Positions 37,775 through 47,849 of a stretch of 64,000 bases of DNA are shown here, one piece after another. Source of the DNA: Patescibacteria group bacterium (GTDB taxonomy: Bacteria; Patescibacteriota; Patescibacteriia; Buchananbacterales; UBA6539). The notes under the pieces are model-generated. The model did no database searches, was not told the DNA's origin, and saw nothing but the letters and a program-made list of their open reading frames with translations. The translations under genes were made by a program, and so were the position numbers. Location of the stretch: NCBI GenBank assembly GCA_041662625.1, contig JBAZSB010000001.1, positions 471,093 through 535,092 on the forward strand. The letters are read 5' to 3'. Numbering within the stretch: position 1 is the first letter of the stretch; each line of letters begins with the position of its first letter.

Positions 37775-38625
37775 AAATTATCAATTTCCTCTTTTAATTC
37801 GTCTAATTTTTGGTTTAAAGGATCAGCTTTTCTTAAGCCATTAAAAACCTGTTTCGCCAGGTTTTTATTCTTTATCATTATACTGATTTTCAGTAATAAG
37901 TCAAGGAAACGCGGATTACTTGGTTCCAACTCCACGGCTTTCTGAAAACTAACGATAGCATAATTATTTCTTCCTTCAAGCTGATAAATATAACCTAAAT
38001 CGGCATAGTAGTTGGCCAATCGGTGCTTCAGACCACTAGTTTCAATATCAACTTTACTTTTACTGACTAATTTAGTTAAATGACGAAAAGTTTCCCGGGA
38101 TTTTTTATAATCTTTGTTTCTTCGGTAAACTTCAGCCAAAAATTCATAGGCTTCCAGGTTTTTTCTGTCCAACTCTAAAACGGAAATACAAACCTCTTCA
38201 ATCTTGATTAAATCTTCTTCGGCTAAATATTTTTCGGCTGACTCCAATTTTTCCTTTATCTCTTGAGTGATATCAATTGCCTTTAAGGGCGGCTTTTGGA
38301 CACTTTGCTTTTCTAATTCTTTTACTTTTTGATAAAGATCACTACCGGCTGCTGACAAAACTTCCAGCAAAGGTGCAATAACCTGGTTTAAAATATTTTT
38401 TAAATTCAAAAGAATCCGATTCAAGCGCTCAACCATAATCCTATTTTTGACCTTAGTTTCTTTTTCTTGAGCAATCGACTCAATATTAATCGCTGCCAGG
38501 CTGGGAAACTTTTTGACGGTAACAAAAATTATAATCACCAGACTAATCAAAATGATAATTAAAGGGATAATATAGAAAAGCATAAATGTAAAAATTAAAC
38601 GGCGCAAAATTAATTGGCCGCTCAA
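37765..38625 (-). CDS. TPR-repeat protein with N-terminal TM helix. The stop codon TAG lies inside the first 10 nt of tRNA-Thr(GGU).
   Basis: 286 aa with TPR-like repeats (YQLEGRNNYAIVSFQKAVELEPSNP). The 3' end reads ...gat aat ttg ccc act tag, overlapping the tRNA 5' end. Confidence 0.55.
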   Translation of the reverse strand: MSGQLILRRLIFTFMLFYIIPLIIILISLVIIIFVTVKKFPSLAAINIESIAQEKETKVKNRIMVERLNRILLNLKNILNQVIAPLLEVLSAAGSDLYQKVKELEKQSVQKPPLKAIDITQEIKEKLESAEKYLAEEDLIKIEEVCISVLELDRKNLEAYEFLAEVYRRNKDYKKSRETFRHLTKLVSKSKVDIETSGLKHRLANYYADLGYIYQLEGRNNYAIVSFQKAVELEPSNPRFLDLLLKISIMIKNKNLAKQVFNGLRKADPLNQKLDELKEEIDNLPT

Positions 38626-38633
38626 ACTTTTAG

Positions 38634-39389
38634 TTAATAGCTGTTATTAATCAGGGAGATGAATTCTTCAGTATTTAAACTGGCGCCGCCGACCAGTACG
38701 CCGGAGGTATTTTCTAAATTAACGAAAGCCGAAACATTACTGTGATCAACACTACCGCCATAAACGATTCTAAAATTATTCCTCACTAGATCAGGAGGGA
38801 AAATATCAAATAAAGTCTGCCTGATCACTTGGTGAGCTGAGCCCGCCTCCGCCGGACTGATTGCCTGGCCAGTGCCAATGACCCAAACCGGCTCATAAGC
38901 GATAATTATTTCTTTTTTACCGATATCAATTCCTTCAAAGGCACGGGTAGTTTGTCTGATCAAGACATAATCTTGAGCCCCCTGCTGCCGCTGCTCAAAA
39001 GTTTCTCCCACACAAACAATCGGTGTTAAGCCAGAAGCCAAAGCTATCCGGATTTTTCGATGGACGATTTCATCGGTTTCCTGCAAATATTTCCGCCGTT
39101 CTGAATGGCCTAAAATTACAAAATCGCAGCCGGTTTCCCGCAATTGGCCCGCGGAAACTTCACCGGTATAGGCGCCTTCGGCTTCCCAAAAACAGTCCTG
39201 AGCCCCTAATTTAATGTTGCTGCCTTTCAAAATTTTACCAACTTCTAAAAGACAAGGAAAAGAAGGGCAAATTACGACTTCTGAGTCTTTGGCAACTTTT
39301 TTCTTGATTGCCCCGGCTAACTCCTGACTTTGCGCCAGACCGAGTTTCATTTTCCAATTGGCAATAATAATTGGCTTTTTTGTGTCCAT
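38634..39389 (-). CDS. tpiA: Triosephosphate isomerase
   Basis: IIANWKM, GHSERR, AYEPVWVIGTG motifs. Confidence 0.9.
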   Translation of the reverse strand: MDTKKPIIIANWKMKLGLAQSQELAGAIKKKVAKDSEVVICPSFPCLLEVGKILKGSNIKLGAQDCFWEAEGAYTGEVSAGQLRETGCDFVILGHSERRKYLQETDEIVHRKIRIALASGLTPIVCVGETFEQRQQGAQDYVLIRQTTRAFEGIDIGKKEIIIAYEPVWVIGTGQAISPAEAGSAHQVIRQTLFDIFPPDLVRNNFRIVYGGSVDHSNVSAFVNLENTSGVLVGGASLNTEEFISLINNSY

Positions 39390-39556
39390 ATTTAGCTATT
39401 TTAATAAAAATTTCGAATATTTAATGCCATCTTATTATACAACATCTGTAGTATTTTTCAATTCTTAGTTACAAATTATAATTTTGAAATTCGACCATTC
39501 GACTCCGCTCAGGTCGCCTCGAGCAAGCGAAGCGAGTCGAGAGGCGAAATTAAAAA

Positions 39557-40465
39557 TTATTCCGGCCAGCTGTAATTCCTAAACACCCATTCCACTAATC
39601 CTTTGGCTTCCTGCCAGCGGTCATCAATCGTTTCTGAGCCAAGCAATACTAAAGTTAAACTGGGCCCAGAAATTTTTTGGACTCGCAGCAATAAACAATA
39701 ACCCGCTTCATCCAAATAGCCGGTCTTGGCACCAAGCACTTGGTAATTTGGACCATTCAAAAAGCTATCAAGCAGCCGATCAGTACTAAAAACTTTAACT
39801 TGTCGTTGATTATTGATTACTTGAAATTTATAAATTTCAGTGGTAAGGGCTTGAGTAATTTCTGGTTTAGCGAAAGCCGCTTGAGCTAATTTAAGCAAAT
39901 CAGCCGGACTGGAAACGTTAAGTGGATCAATCCCGCTGGGCTCAAGAAAATAGCTGTTGGTCATTCCCAGTTCTTTTGCCTTTTTATTCATGGCAGCATT
40001 AAATTCAGTAATTCCGGAATTCCGGGCTAAAGCCACAGCAGCTTCATTGGCCGAACCAATCAACATTAAATAAAATAAATCTTTAACCGTTGCCTCTTCC
40101 CCCGACATTAGATAAATCATTCCCCCTTCCCGCTTATCTCCCGGACTGATTTTAACGACTTGCTCCCAATCAGGTTTAGTATCCAAAATGACTAAGGCAG
40201 TCATTAGTTTGGTGATACTGGCAATCGGCGTTATAGCTAACGAGTTTTTATTATAAAGAACAGAACCAGAGTTGTCGTCAACGATCAAAATACTTTTGGC
40301 GGTAGTTTTAAGACCAAAGCTTTCATTAACCAGCCTTTGGGGTGAACCGGCTTGGCCAACATTTGGTTGACGATAAGAATAATCAACCGCTTTATCGGTT
40401 AAAAAGTTAAAGCCAGCAGGGATTAAGAGGCTGGCCAAAATTAGGCTGGTAAGAAAATTTAACAT
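39557..40465 (-). CDS. D-alanyl-D-alanine carboxypeptidase (S11 peptidase, PBP5/6-like)
   Basis: 302 aa. SITKLMTALV (SxxK), SGS/SAN and KTG motifs. Signal peptide. Confidence 0.7.
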   Translation of the reverse strand: MLNFLTSLILASLLIPAGFNFLTDKAVDYSYRQPNVGQAGSPQRLVNESFGLKTTAKSILIVDDNSGSVLYNKNSLAITPIASITKLMTALVILDTKPDWEQVVKISPGDKREGGMIYLMSGEEATVKDLFYLMLIGSANEAAVALARNSGITEFNAAMNKKAKELGMTNSYFLEPSGIDPLNVSSPADLLKLAQAAFAKPEITQALTTEIYKFQVINNQRQVKVFSTDRLLDSFLNGPNYQVLGAKTGYLDEAGYCLLLRVQKISGPSLTLVLLGSETIDDRWQEAKGLVEWVFRNYSWPE

Positions 40466-40486
40466 ATTTTAAGAAATCAGATGTCT

Positions 40487-41056
40487 CTATTTACTGCTAT
40501 CTGATTTCTGTTCACTGTTTTCTGGACTTAAGATCTTTTCCAGACTTTCACTGGAGTTAAGCTTATCATAATCGGGCAATTCTTGAGGCTGATTAATGCC
40601 TAAAAATTTCAAAAAGTCAAAAGTAATGTTATAAACTGTCTGCATCTTTTTTCGATCTTCCCGGCTTTCAACTAATCCCCTAATTAAAAGATGGCGTAAA
40701 ATAATGGCGCAATTCACGCCGCGGATTTGTTCCAGCTCGGCCCGGCTCACCGGCCCCCGATAAGCAACAATGGTCAAAGTCTCCAAAGCCGCTCGGCTCA
40801 ATTCGCCAGTTGTCTCTTCCTTAATAAAATCTTTGACTAACTTCGAATTATCCGGATGAGTGACCAATTGAACCTTATCGCCAATTTTTTGCACCTGAAT
40901 TCCTTTGTCAGCTTGATTGTAATCGGCCATTAATTCGTTAATAGCCGTCTCCACTTTATCTTTTTCGGATTTAGTCAAATCAGTCAAACGCTTAACAGAA
41001 AAAGGCTGGTTAGAAATGAAAAGCAGACTTTCAATTTTTGCTTTTAGACTTGCCAT
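40487..41056 (-). CDS. scpB: Segregation and condensation protein B
   Basis: KIESLLFISNQPFSVKRL...RGLVE winged-helix pair typical of ScpB. Confidence 0.8.
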   Translation of the reverse strand: MASLKAKIESLLFISNQPFSVKRLTDLTKSEKDKVETAINELMADYNQADKGIQVQKIGDKVQLVTHPDNSKLVKDFIKEETTGELSRAALETLTIVAYRGPVSRAELEQIRGVNCAIILRHLLIRGLVESREDRKKMQTVYNITFDFLKFLGINQPQELPDYDKLNSSESLEKILSPENSEQKSDSSK

Positions 41057-41213
41057 AAGAAATAATAAAAATATGAATAATTATACTAAAATTTATAAGG
41101 ATTTTCAATAATCAAATCAATAAAAGAGTGTTAACATTGACTTTTTTTTAAAAATAATGTAATATATCTAGTCGAAATGGGATAGGCCCATAAAGACACC
41201 AAGGAGGAACACC

Positions 41214-41774
41214 ATGAGAAATCTGAGCGTAGTAATCGCCCTAGTCGCTGTCTTGTTGATCAGCACTGCCGCCCACGCGGCCCAGCAGGTCACCATTGAC
41301 CTCGACAAGCTGACTCCGGAAGCGGCGGCCGAACTGATGAAGCTCAAGAAGGCGGCGGAAAACCCGGAACCGGAGATGCCAACGGCGGAACAGTTGGAAA
41401 ACTACGTCGACCTCGGGGCAAAGATTGGCCAAGCCATCGCAGCCACGTGCAAAGAGCTGTCCGTAGAGGTCAACGAGTTCGTCAGAACGCCGGTTGGGAT
41501 GATCACCATGGGGTTGATCATCTGGAAGGTGGCAGGCACCGAAATCTGGGGTATCGTTGGCGGCACATCCGTCTGGGTAGTTATCACTCTTATTCTCATG
41601 TGGTCTTTCCACTACTTCCACATGAGCAAAAAGGTGAAAGGTAAAGAAGGCGACGAATGGGTCCGACGATATGAATTCAGCGACTGGACATATGAAGCCT
41701 GGTCGGCTGGCATCCACCTGGTATGTTGGGCGGCGATCACTATCACCTGCCTCGTCATCGTCTTCTACCACTAG
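41214..41774 (+). CDS. GC-rich (~60%) secreted/membrane protein, unknown function; inserted between scpA-associated genes and scpB
   Basis: 186 aa with a signal peptide and 3 TM helices. SD AAGGAGGAAC. Upstream TTGACT-17-TAATAT promoter. Composition is foreign to its surroundings. Confidence 0.5.
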   Translation: MRNLSVVIALVAVLLISTAAHAAQQVTIDLDKLTPEAAAELMKLKKAAENPEPEMPTAEQLENYVDLGAKIGQAIAATCKELSVEVNEFVRTPVGMITMGLIIWKVAGTEIWGIVGGTSVWVVITLILMWSFHYFHMSKKVKGKEGDEWVRRYEFSDWTYEAWSAGIHLVCWAAITITCLVIVFYH

Positions 41775-41853
41775 CAACCAGCACCCCCACCCACCCGCGA
41801 TCTCATGAAATTGTCGGAGCCCGGAGTAGCATTGCTACCTGGGTTCCTTTTCT

Positions 41854-42897
41854 TTATTCTAATTTTCTCACTATTCCCCGATTAGCATCCACTTCCACTC
41901 GGTCACCATTTTTAAAAACCAATGTGGCAACTTTTGCTCCGACGATACAAGGAATTTTTAGTTCTCTGGCAACTACCGCCGCATGAGAATTCAAGCCACC
42001 AAAATCAGTAATCAGGGCTTTAACTTGCTTAAAATAAGGATAGTATTCCGGCACCGTTCTTGGCGAAACAATAATTTTCCCTTGATATTTCTTTTTGAAA
42101 TCAGCCAATTTTTTGATAATCAGGACATGCCCTTGAACCAAGCCGGGCTGAGCGCTTATTCCTTTCACCATCTTAAGACTTTTGGCCACTCGAATTTTTT
42201 TAAAACCTTCTTTTTTCAAAATACGGCGGGCCGCTTGACCGGTATAAATTACCGTTTTATCCTTGGTTGTTAACTCAACAAAAAATTTTTTCCGCCTGGC
42301 TAGCTCGCTTTTTGGCAACACAGAGCCTTTGAACAATTCATCAAACAAATAATAATCAAAGTTTTTGAATTTCTTAAATCTCTTTTTCAAATAAGGATAA
42401 ATTTTATTGTATTCCTGGTAACCCTTTTTTGATATCATCTCTCTTAATTCAGCATTTTGATTCAATAACTTTTGAATTAACTTTTGTTCTCTCTGACTGA
42501 AAGCAGGAAACTGCTGATATTTCTTCATCAGAAACTGCTCCAAAAAATAACTGTAAATCACGAAAGTACCCGCCTTTCGCCAAAGCTTTAACACCGAATC
42601 AATTGGCTGACCGTTTACTTTCCGGTATTTTTTCAGCAAACTAAAAAATTTTTTAAAGTGCCCGCCAATTAGTCCCTGGGAGTAATATTTTTTTATCCAG
42701 GCGGCATTTTCTTTGTCTTCTTTGCTACTGACAAAAACCCAGTTGCGATCCTTTTGGCCAATAATCAGTAAGCGGCTGACTTGCAAACTCGTTGTTTCGT
42801 CAAGATACAAATAGCATTGTTTTAAAAATTCTCTTTTGAGCAAAGAAGTCGGGCTATCAATGAAAAGCACCCATCTTCGGCTTTGGAATCGAGCCAT
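41854..42897 (-). CDS. Protein with C-terminal PEP-utilizing-enzyme mobile domain (PEP synthase / dikinase-like phosphotransfer domain)
   Basis: C-terminal GGLNSHAAVVARELKIPCIVGAK is the phosphohistidine swivel-domain signature. Confidence 0.5.
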   Translation of the reverse strand: MARFQSRRWVLFIDSPTSLLKREFLKQCYLYLDETTSLQVSRLLIIGQKDRNWVFVSSKEDKENAAWIKKYYSQGLIGGHFKKFFSLLKKYRKVNGQPIDSVLKLWRKAGTFVIYSYFLEQFLMKKYQQFPAFSQREQKLIQKLLNQNAELREMISKKGYQEYNKIYPYLKKRFKKFKNFDYYLFDELFKGSVLPKSELARRKKFFVELTTKDKTVIYTGQAARRILKKEGFKKIRVAKSLKMVKGISAQPGLVQGHVLIIKKLADFKKKYQGKIIVSPRTVPEYYPYFKQVKALITDFGGLNSHAAVVARELKIPCIVGAKVATLVFKNGDRVEVDANRGIVRKLE

Positions 42898-42902
42898 ATA
42901 TT

Positions 42903-43640
42903 TTAAGGGAGTCTTTCAATTTCAATATCGTCAAAAATTTTGCTTTGCTTAACCACAATCGTTCTTTGTTTAATTAATTCCAAAAGCGCCAAAAAACTCA
43001 CGATCACTTCAGTTTTATCCTTGGCTTCTTTCAAAATATCAGAAAACCGGGTGCTGGCTTGCTGAAAAATTCGCTCCCGCAGCTGGGCAATTTTTTCCTG
43101 AATATTGATAGTTTTGCGAACAACTTCAGTTGGCAAATTCAAAAATGGATCAAGGCCAGAAATAATATCGGCAAACACTTCGCGCAATTTATCTTTAACC
43201 AATTTAGGCGGCGGGGCAAAACCAATCTCCTCGCTTGCCAAAAGTTTTTCCCGGGAAAAACCAAAATGCTTTTTAGAAATCATCCCTTGAATTACCTTCA
43301 TCGCTTCCAGGTATTCTTTGTAAATCTTCAACTGTTTGGTTAGTTCTTCGCCTTCCTCTTCCTCGCCCCATTCCAAAAACGGCAAAAGCGCCCTTGACTT
43401 GATTAAAAGTAAGCGCGCGGCCACCACTAAAAAATCCGCTAGATCGGTGGCTTGGATCTGATCTTTGGCTACCTGATTAAGAGTCTGAATATATTGTTCC
43501 GTCACCTGAGCCAAAGAGACTTGGGTAATTTCCAGCTTTTGTTCTTCAATCAGCTGTAAAAGTAAATCTAAGGGCCCTTCAAACTGGGCAACTTTAATTT
43601 TATGCATAAATCCAGTAAATCCAGTAAACCAGTAAATCAA
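42903..43640 (-). CDS. scpA: Segregation and condensation protein A
   Basis: FEGPLDLLLQLIEEQKLEITQVSLAQVTEQY is an ScpA signature. Confidence 0.8.
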   Translation of the reverse strand: MIYWFTGFTGFMHKIKVAQFEGPLDLLLQLIEEQKLEITQVSLAQVTEQYIQTLNQVAKDQIQATDLADFLVVAARLLLIKSRALLPFLEWGEEEEGEELTKQLKIYKEYLEAMKVIQGMISKKHFGFSREKLLASEEIGFAPPPKLVKDKLREVFADIISGLDPFLNLPTEVVRKTINIQEKIAQLRERIFQQASTRFSDILKEAKDKTEVIVSFLALLELIKQRTIVVKQSKIFDDIEIERLP

Positions 43641-43681
43641 GCCGGCCAGCTAGCCCACTGGATTTACTGATCTATATTACT

Positions 43682-43987
43682 CTACTTAACTTCCTGCTTC
43701 TCTTCTGGGTGAAAAACTAAATCAATTTTGACTCCACCAACGAGGGGGGCTAACAAATTATACAAAAAACCAACAATCAACCCAAAAAGGGCACCAACTA
43801 AAAGACCAATCAAAGGAACGATTAAAAGCCAGATCAAAGAAAAAATACTCCCATAGTATCCGCTAAGACTAAAAGTTAATACGGCAAAAACAATACCAAA
43901 AATAAAAGGCAAAAGTGATATAACGGCACCCAGCAAAGCTGAAAAACGGATAAAACCGGTTAAATCAATTTTTTTAACTTCATACAT
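43682..43987 (-). CDS. Small membrane protein
   Basis: 101 aa, 2-3 TM. Confidence 0.4.
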   Translation of the reverse strand: MYEVKKIDLTGFIRFSALLGAVISLLPFIFGIVFAVLTFSLSGYYGSIFSLIWLLIVPLIGLLVGALFGLIVGFLYNLLAPLVGGVKIDLVFHPEEKQEVK

Positions 43988-43989
43988 AA

Positions 43990-44580
43990 TTAAACTTCTC
44001 CCGTTTTATAGGCCATCTTTTTTTGGATAAAAAAGATTAAAGCCGAAAAAATTATGGCTAAAACGATCAAAATTATATAAACTGCGGCATTTTTATATTT
44101 CACTACCACAAAATAACCTGTTTCAACAATCAGATGTAAAATCATCCAAAAGGCAAAAGCGATATAACCACCAACCAAAACTCGATAAGGACTGTTTTCG
44201 TGCTTTAAATAAACCAAATAATAGAACAGAAAAGTCAGAAGAAATATCGGAATGATAAACGCCGAGTGGAGCAAAATTTTATAAAGCAGATAGTTATCCT
44301 TTTGTTCCTGCGGGTAATAAACCCGGGCCGGCGAAAGAGCTGATTTTTCAGAAGCATAGTTTTGGTAAACGCCACTATAGCTATAATCTGAAACACTGTC
44401 AGTTTTTTCAACCAGCGGATTAGCCACTTTGTTGATATCAAAGATTATCCGTTCTCCCAACAGGATCAAAACAATCGCTAAGATGATGGCTAAAACTACC
44501 GCCATCGCCGAAACGGCGTGTTTCTTTTTTGGTTTTGGCGCCGCCAAAGGGGCAGTCGCTTGCAGAATGTCCTGATTCAT
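43990..44580 (-). CDS. Membrane protein
   Basis: 196 aa, 4 TM. Confidence 0.4.
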   Translation of the reverse strand: MNQDILQATAPLAAPKPKKKHAVSAMAVVLAIILAIVLILLGERIIFDINKVANPLVEKTDSVSDYSYSGVYQNYASEKSALSPARVYYPQEQKDNYLLYKILLHSAFIIPIFLLTFLFYYLVYLKHENSPYRVLVGGYIAFAFWMILHLIVETGYFVVVKYKNAAVYIILIVLAIIFSALIFFIQKKMAYKTGEV

Positions 44581-44590
44581 AAATTTTTCA

Positions 44591-45721
44591 TTATTTTTTA
44601 AATGTTAAATAGATAATTATAACCAATAAGACTAGGGTTAAAACCCCGCCAATGGCTAAAGTCACGGCTAAAATTATTTTTGAATGCCTCACTGACTGGG
44701 GCGCATTGATGGTGTCGTCATTTCCCGCTTGCCGGAAAAATAAATCACTAGTCATTTCCGCCTGCCTCATTTGCCGCTGCAGTTTGGTTAAATAATATTT
44801 ATCCCCGCTGATTTTTTTCCAGGGATTACCCGAATCATCGTAGGCCAACTTTTCAATTTTATCTTTTTCCACCCAGCCGGCATAGAGAGTATTGAATTGG
44901 GGAAGTTCTTGTTTATGACCGGCAAAAACATAAAGTAAAATATTGACCTGATCGGGCGGATAAGGATAACGAGCAGTCTTTGATACTGGCGGCATTACTT
45001 GGACATTTGTTATCTGGTCGGGTGAAACTTGGATTGTTCCATCATACTGATTTGTTCCCTCGTATTGAACATTAGTCGAAGAAATCTTCAGCGGGTAAAC
45101 AATTTTATCCGTTGTAAAACTCAACTGCAAAGGAATAGCGTGACCGGTCCTAAACTGTTCATCCAAATTATTGGACAAATACTGAGCATCAACTTTAACG
45201 GCGGTAAAATACCAATCATCCTTGATATAATCATCCAAAATATAGGTGGCGTTGTCCGGAAATTTATAACCATGATCATTCAGCCACTGGTATAAATCAT
45301 TGGCATTAGTGGCGGCTAAGACCGTAACATCATAATAATCAATCTGCTTAGTTTCAATTACCGTCACTCCACTTTTTACCTGGCCGGTCGCCCCAAGCCC
45401 CAACTCCATGGGTCGGGCCTGATCATAATAATAGTTTACACTTGTCAATTCATCCAGGGCAGTAAATAATTCATCAGAAGATTTATTTACCTGAGGTCGA
45501 CTGGGCGTCGGAATAATCCAGGCAAAATCTTTGGCATTGCCGCGGAAAGTAATGGAGATAATCAAATCTTCAAGGTTATTTTCATAAAAAATAACCGCCT
45601 TTTGGTCGGTTTCAAACATGTAATAATTAGGTGGCGGAACAATCATCCCGTCAGCCAAAACCAAGCTGGGAACTAAAATCGTCAAAGCCAAAAAAAATAT
45701 TAATAACGCAATTTTTTTCAT
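44591..45721 (-). CDS. Secreted protein with C-terminal TM anchor, unknown function
   Basis: 376 aa with a signal peptide and a C-terminal hydrophobic helix. Confidence 0.4.
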   Translation of the reverse strand: MKKIALLIFFLALTILVPSLVLADGMIVPPPNYYMFETDQKAVIFYENNLEDLIISITFRGNAKDFAWIIPTPSRPQVNKSSDELFTALDELTSVNYYYDQARPMELGLGATGQVKSGVTVIETKQIDYYDVTVLAATNANDLYQWLNDHGYKFPDNATYILDDYIKDDWYFTAVKVDAQYLSNNLDEQFRTGHAIPLQLSFTTDKIVYPLKISSTNVQYEGTNQYDGTIQVSPDQITNVQVMPPVSKTARYPYPPDQVNILLYVFAGHKQELPQFNTLYAGWVEKDKIEKLAYDDSGNPWKKISGDKYYLTKLQRQMRQAEMTSDLFFRQAGNDDTINAPQSVRHSKIILAVTLAIGGVLTLVLLVIIIYLTFKK

Positions 45722-45882
45722 AAAGAAATTATTAATTATTAAATTATTTTCTTTTTTTATTTTAACTTTCTACGTTTTATTTTATTAACTAAACTAACTA
45801 TTGACTGATTATTAAGCTAAGTGCTAAGATACTATACTGTTTTGGAAATGGACAAGGGTATTCCAAACAAAGGAGAAATGCC

Positions 45883-46185
45883 GTGGTAACGTTACAAAAA
45901 GTGTCAATGTATCGCTTGGTGATTGTGGACGGAATGCCAGTAATTGTTCCGGACCAAATCAATGACGCTCTTGATGCGGGGGCCACTGTCAAAGGGTTGG
46001 TCAAAATTGTTCCGGACCAAACCAATGACGCTCTTGATGCGGGGGCCACTGTCCAAGAGTTGGCCAAAGCCGAGCCCTGCCCGCACTGCCAGCGGGGCAC
46101 CAGCTTTCTCGTTCTCCTCCAAGGAGACGAAACGAGCCGCTCTGAGCATCGCTACTGCCTGAACTGTGGCGAAAAGACTGAATAA
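45883..46185 (+). CDS. GC-rich small protein with internal 21-aa tandem duplication and C-terminal CxxC...CxxC zinc ribbon; GTG start
   Basis: SD AAAGGAGA. 63-bp direct repeat encoding IVPDQ(I/T)NDALDAGATV(K/Q). CPHCQRG...CLNCGEK. Confidence 0.45.
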   Translation: MVTLQKVSMYRLVIVDGMPVIVPDQINDALDAGATVKGLVKIVPDQTNDALDAGATVQELAKAEPCPHCQRGTSFLVLLQGDETSRSEHRYCLNCGEKTE

Positions 46186-46191
46186 GTCTGA

Positions 46192-46776
46192 CTATCTCCT
46201 CTTTGCTTTTGCTCTCTTACGACCTGACCGCTTGGTCGGTCTTTTTTTTGCTGCTTTTTTCGGTTTTTTCTTGGCCACTTTTTTCTTTGGCTTGGCCTGC
46301 AATTTATATCCGCCCGCCTTGGCAAAATTAGCTAACTTGGCTTGTTCCAAATCAATAAAATCTTTGGCTTTCATCCGGACTGAATCGGTGAAACTGCCGG
46401 CGGACAAAATTATGTCTTTAGTTTTCAACAAGCTTTTATCGACCCAGACTTCAACTTGGTGCAGCCCGCCAAAAGCCGTCATCGTTCCGGGCTTAACCTT
46501 AAAAATTTTCAGCATCACTTTTTCGTTAGGAATAGAAATCTTTTTAACTTTCAGGGCCTGCTTCAGCTTCTTTAAGTCAATTCTCATATGAGCCGGCACC
46601 ACCGCAATAATATAAGCTTTATCCGCAGCAATTAAAAGACTTTTAGCTATATCCTTAAGTTCCCGGCGCAAAGTTTGGGCCGCATCATAGGCGGTGTAAA
46701 CGGTTTTATGGGTCAGCTCATCATATTTAGCCATTTTTTTGTCTAAATACTTTTTGGTGTTTTTAGGGATAGACAT
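46192..46776 (-). CDS. YbaK/ProX-type aminoacyl-tRNA deacylase domain protein with Lys-rich C-terminal tail
   Basis: 194 aa; the central domain resembles YbaK (Cys-tRNA(Pro) deacylase) and the C-terminus is highly basic. Confidence 0.6.
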   Translation of the reverse strand: MSIPKNTKKYLDKKMAKYDELTHKTVYTAYDAAQTLRRELKDIAKSLLIAADKAYIIAVVPAHMRIDLKKLKQALKVKKISIPNEKVMLKIFKVKPGTMTAFGGLHQVEVWVDKSLLKTKDIILSAGSFTDSVRMKAKDFIDLEQAKLANFAKAGGYKLQAKPKKKVAKKKPKKAAKKRPTKRSGRKRAKAKRR

Positions 46777-46794
46777 AAAGTTAAATGTTAATTG

Positions 46795-47754
46795 TTAATT
46801 GTTGATCGCTTCCACCTGAGGTACAAACTCAGGTCCTGTCTTACTATTTAAAGAATCAATCACCATTGAATTAAAACACTGATAGCCAACCTGATGATAA
46901 GACCAATCTTTGTTCCCGCCATAGTAGCCATAATCCGACTCATTGGGGTCAACAGCTAAAGAAAAAGTGGCACAAAGCTCGTACTCTTTTTGCCCAAGCA
47001 CTCTGTAGTCATAGGCCTTTTTAGTTTGGGGATCCTTAAATTGGGAAAATTTGGCAGCCGATAAATCAAGGGGCAATTCTTTATTTTGCCAATAATAATC
47101 ACCAATCAGACCATCAATGTTGTACAAATCATTGATTCTTTGCTGATCGAGTTTGACCGCCCGGGCGTGGGCCGGCGAATCAACAACGGCAAAGCCGCCA
47201 ATTACTGCCGCTAAAGTGATAATAATAACAAGGCCAAATGAAATCTGAGAAGTCAGACTCCTTTTACTGAAATCTTTTCTGATTAAATCATAAAGGTAAT
47301 AGCCAAAGATACTGCCGGCGATTACTAAAATCACTAGGGTTTTCAAAATTACCGGTAAGGCATAATCGCCGTCCAAAAAACGGAAAAGCTGATAAATCAG
47401 CCGGCCAATAATGGTCAGGGCGGAAACAAAAAGCATTAAATAAGTCAGCCAGCGGTGAATCCCACTTTTATGATCGAGTTTACCAAGTTTGTAATTATGA
47501 TGAAGCCAAGCCGAAACCGCTAAAAATATTGGCGTTATAATCACGACCGAAGCAATGCCCACCTTAAGCGGACTTTGAGAAAATCGGGCCACGTAGTCGA
47601 TTGCTTTAGCGGGGACAAATTTATTAATCAGCTGAAATAAAATCATGCCTAAAGAAATTGCCAGCCAGCCAACAGTGGCCAAACTTAATAAATTCAAAAA
47701 AGCGTCCAAGGCTCCCTTGCCCTTGAGTTGATTGGATTTAGATGATTTTTTCAT
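46795..47754 (-). CDS. Membrane protein with C-terminal extracytoplasmic domain
   Basis: 319 aa, 5 TM N-terminal. Confidence 0.4.
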   Translation of the reverse strand: MKKSSKSNQLKGKGALDAFLNLLSLATVGWLAISLGMILFQLINKFVPAKAIDYVARFSQSPLKVGIASVVIITPIFLAVSAWLHHNYKLGKLDHKSGIHRWLTYLMLFVSALTIIGRLIYQLFRFLDGDYALPVILKTLVILVIAGSIFGYYLYDLIRKDFSKRSLTSQISFGLVIIITLAAVIGGFAVVDSPAHARAVKLDQQRINDLYNIDGLIGDYYWQNKELPLDLSAAKFSQFKDPQTKKAYDYRVLGQKEYELCATFSLAVDPNESDYGYYGGNKDWSYHQVGYQCFNSMVIDSLNSKTGPEFVPQVEAINN

Positions 47755-47849
47755 ATTTTTTAATCAATTTTTAATTTTTAATTTCAAATTTTGATTCAAT
47801 ATTATAATATTCTAATGTCCAAAATTGATTCAAAATTAAAAATTCAAAA

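Noticed and set aside
45940-46065. 63-bp tandem direct repeat inside the 45883..46185 gene as a possible diversity-generating retroelement template/variable repeat pair
   Set aside because: The four differences between copies are not adenine-specific (T>C, A>C, G>A, T>C). The copies are adjacent and in frame within one ORF. No reverse transcriptase is present.
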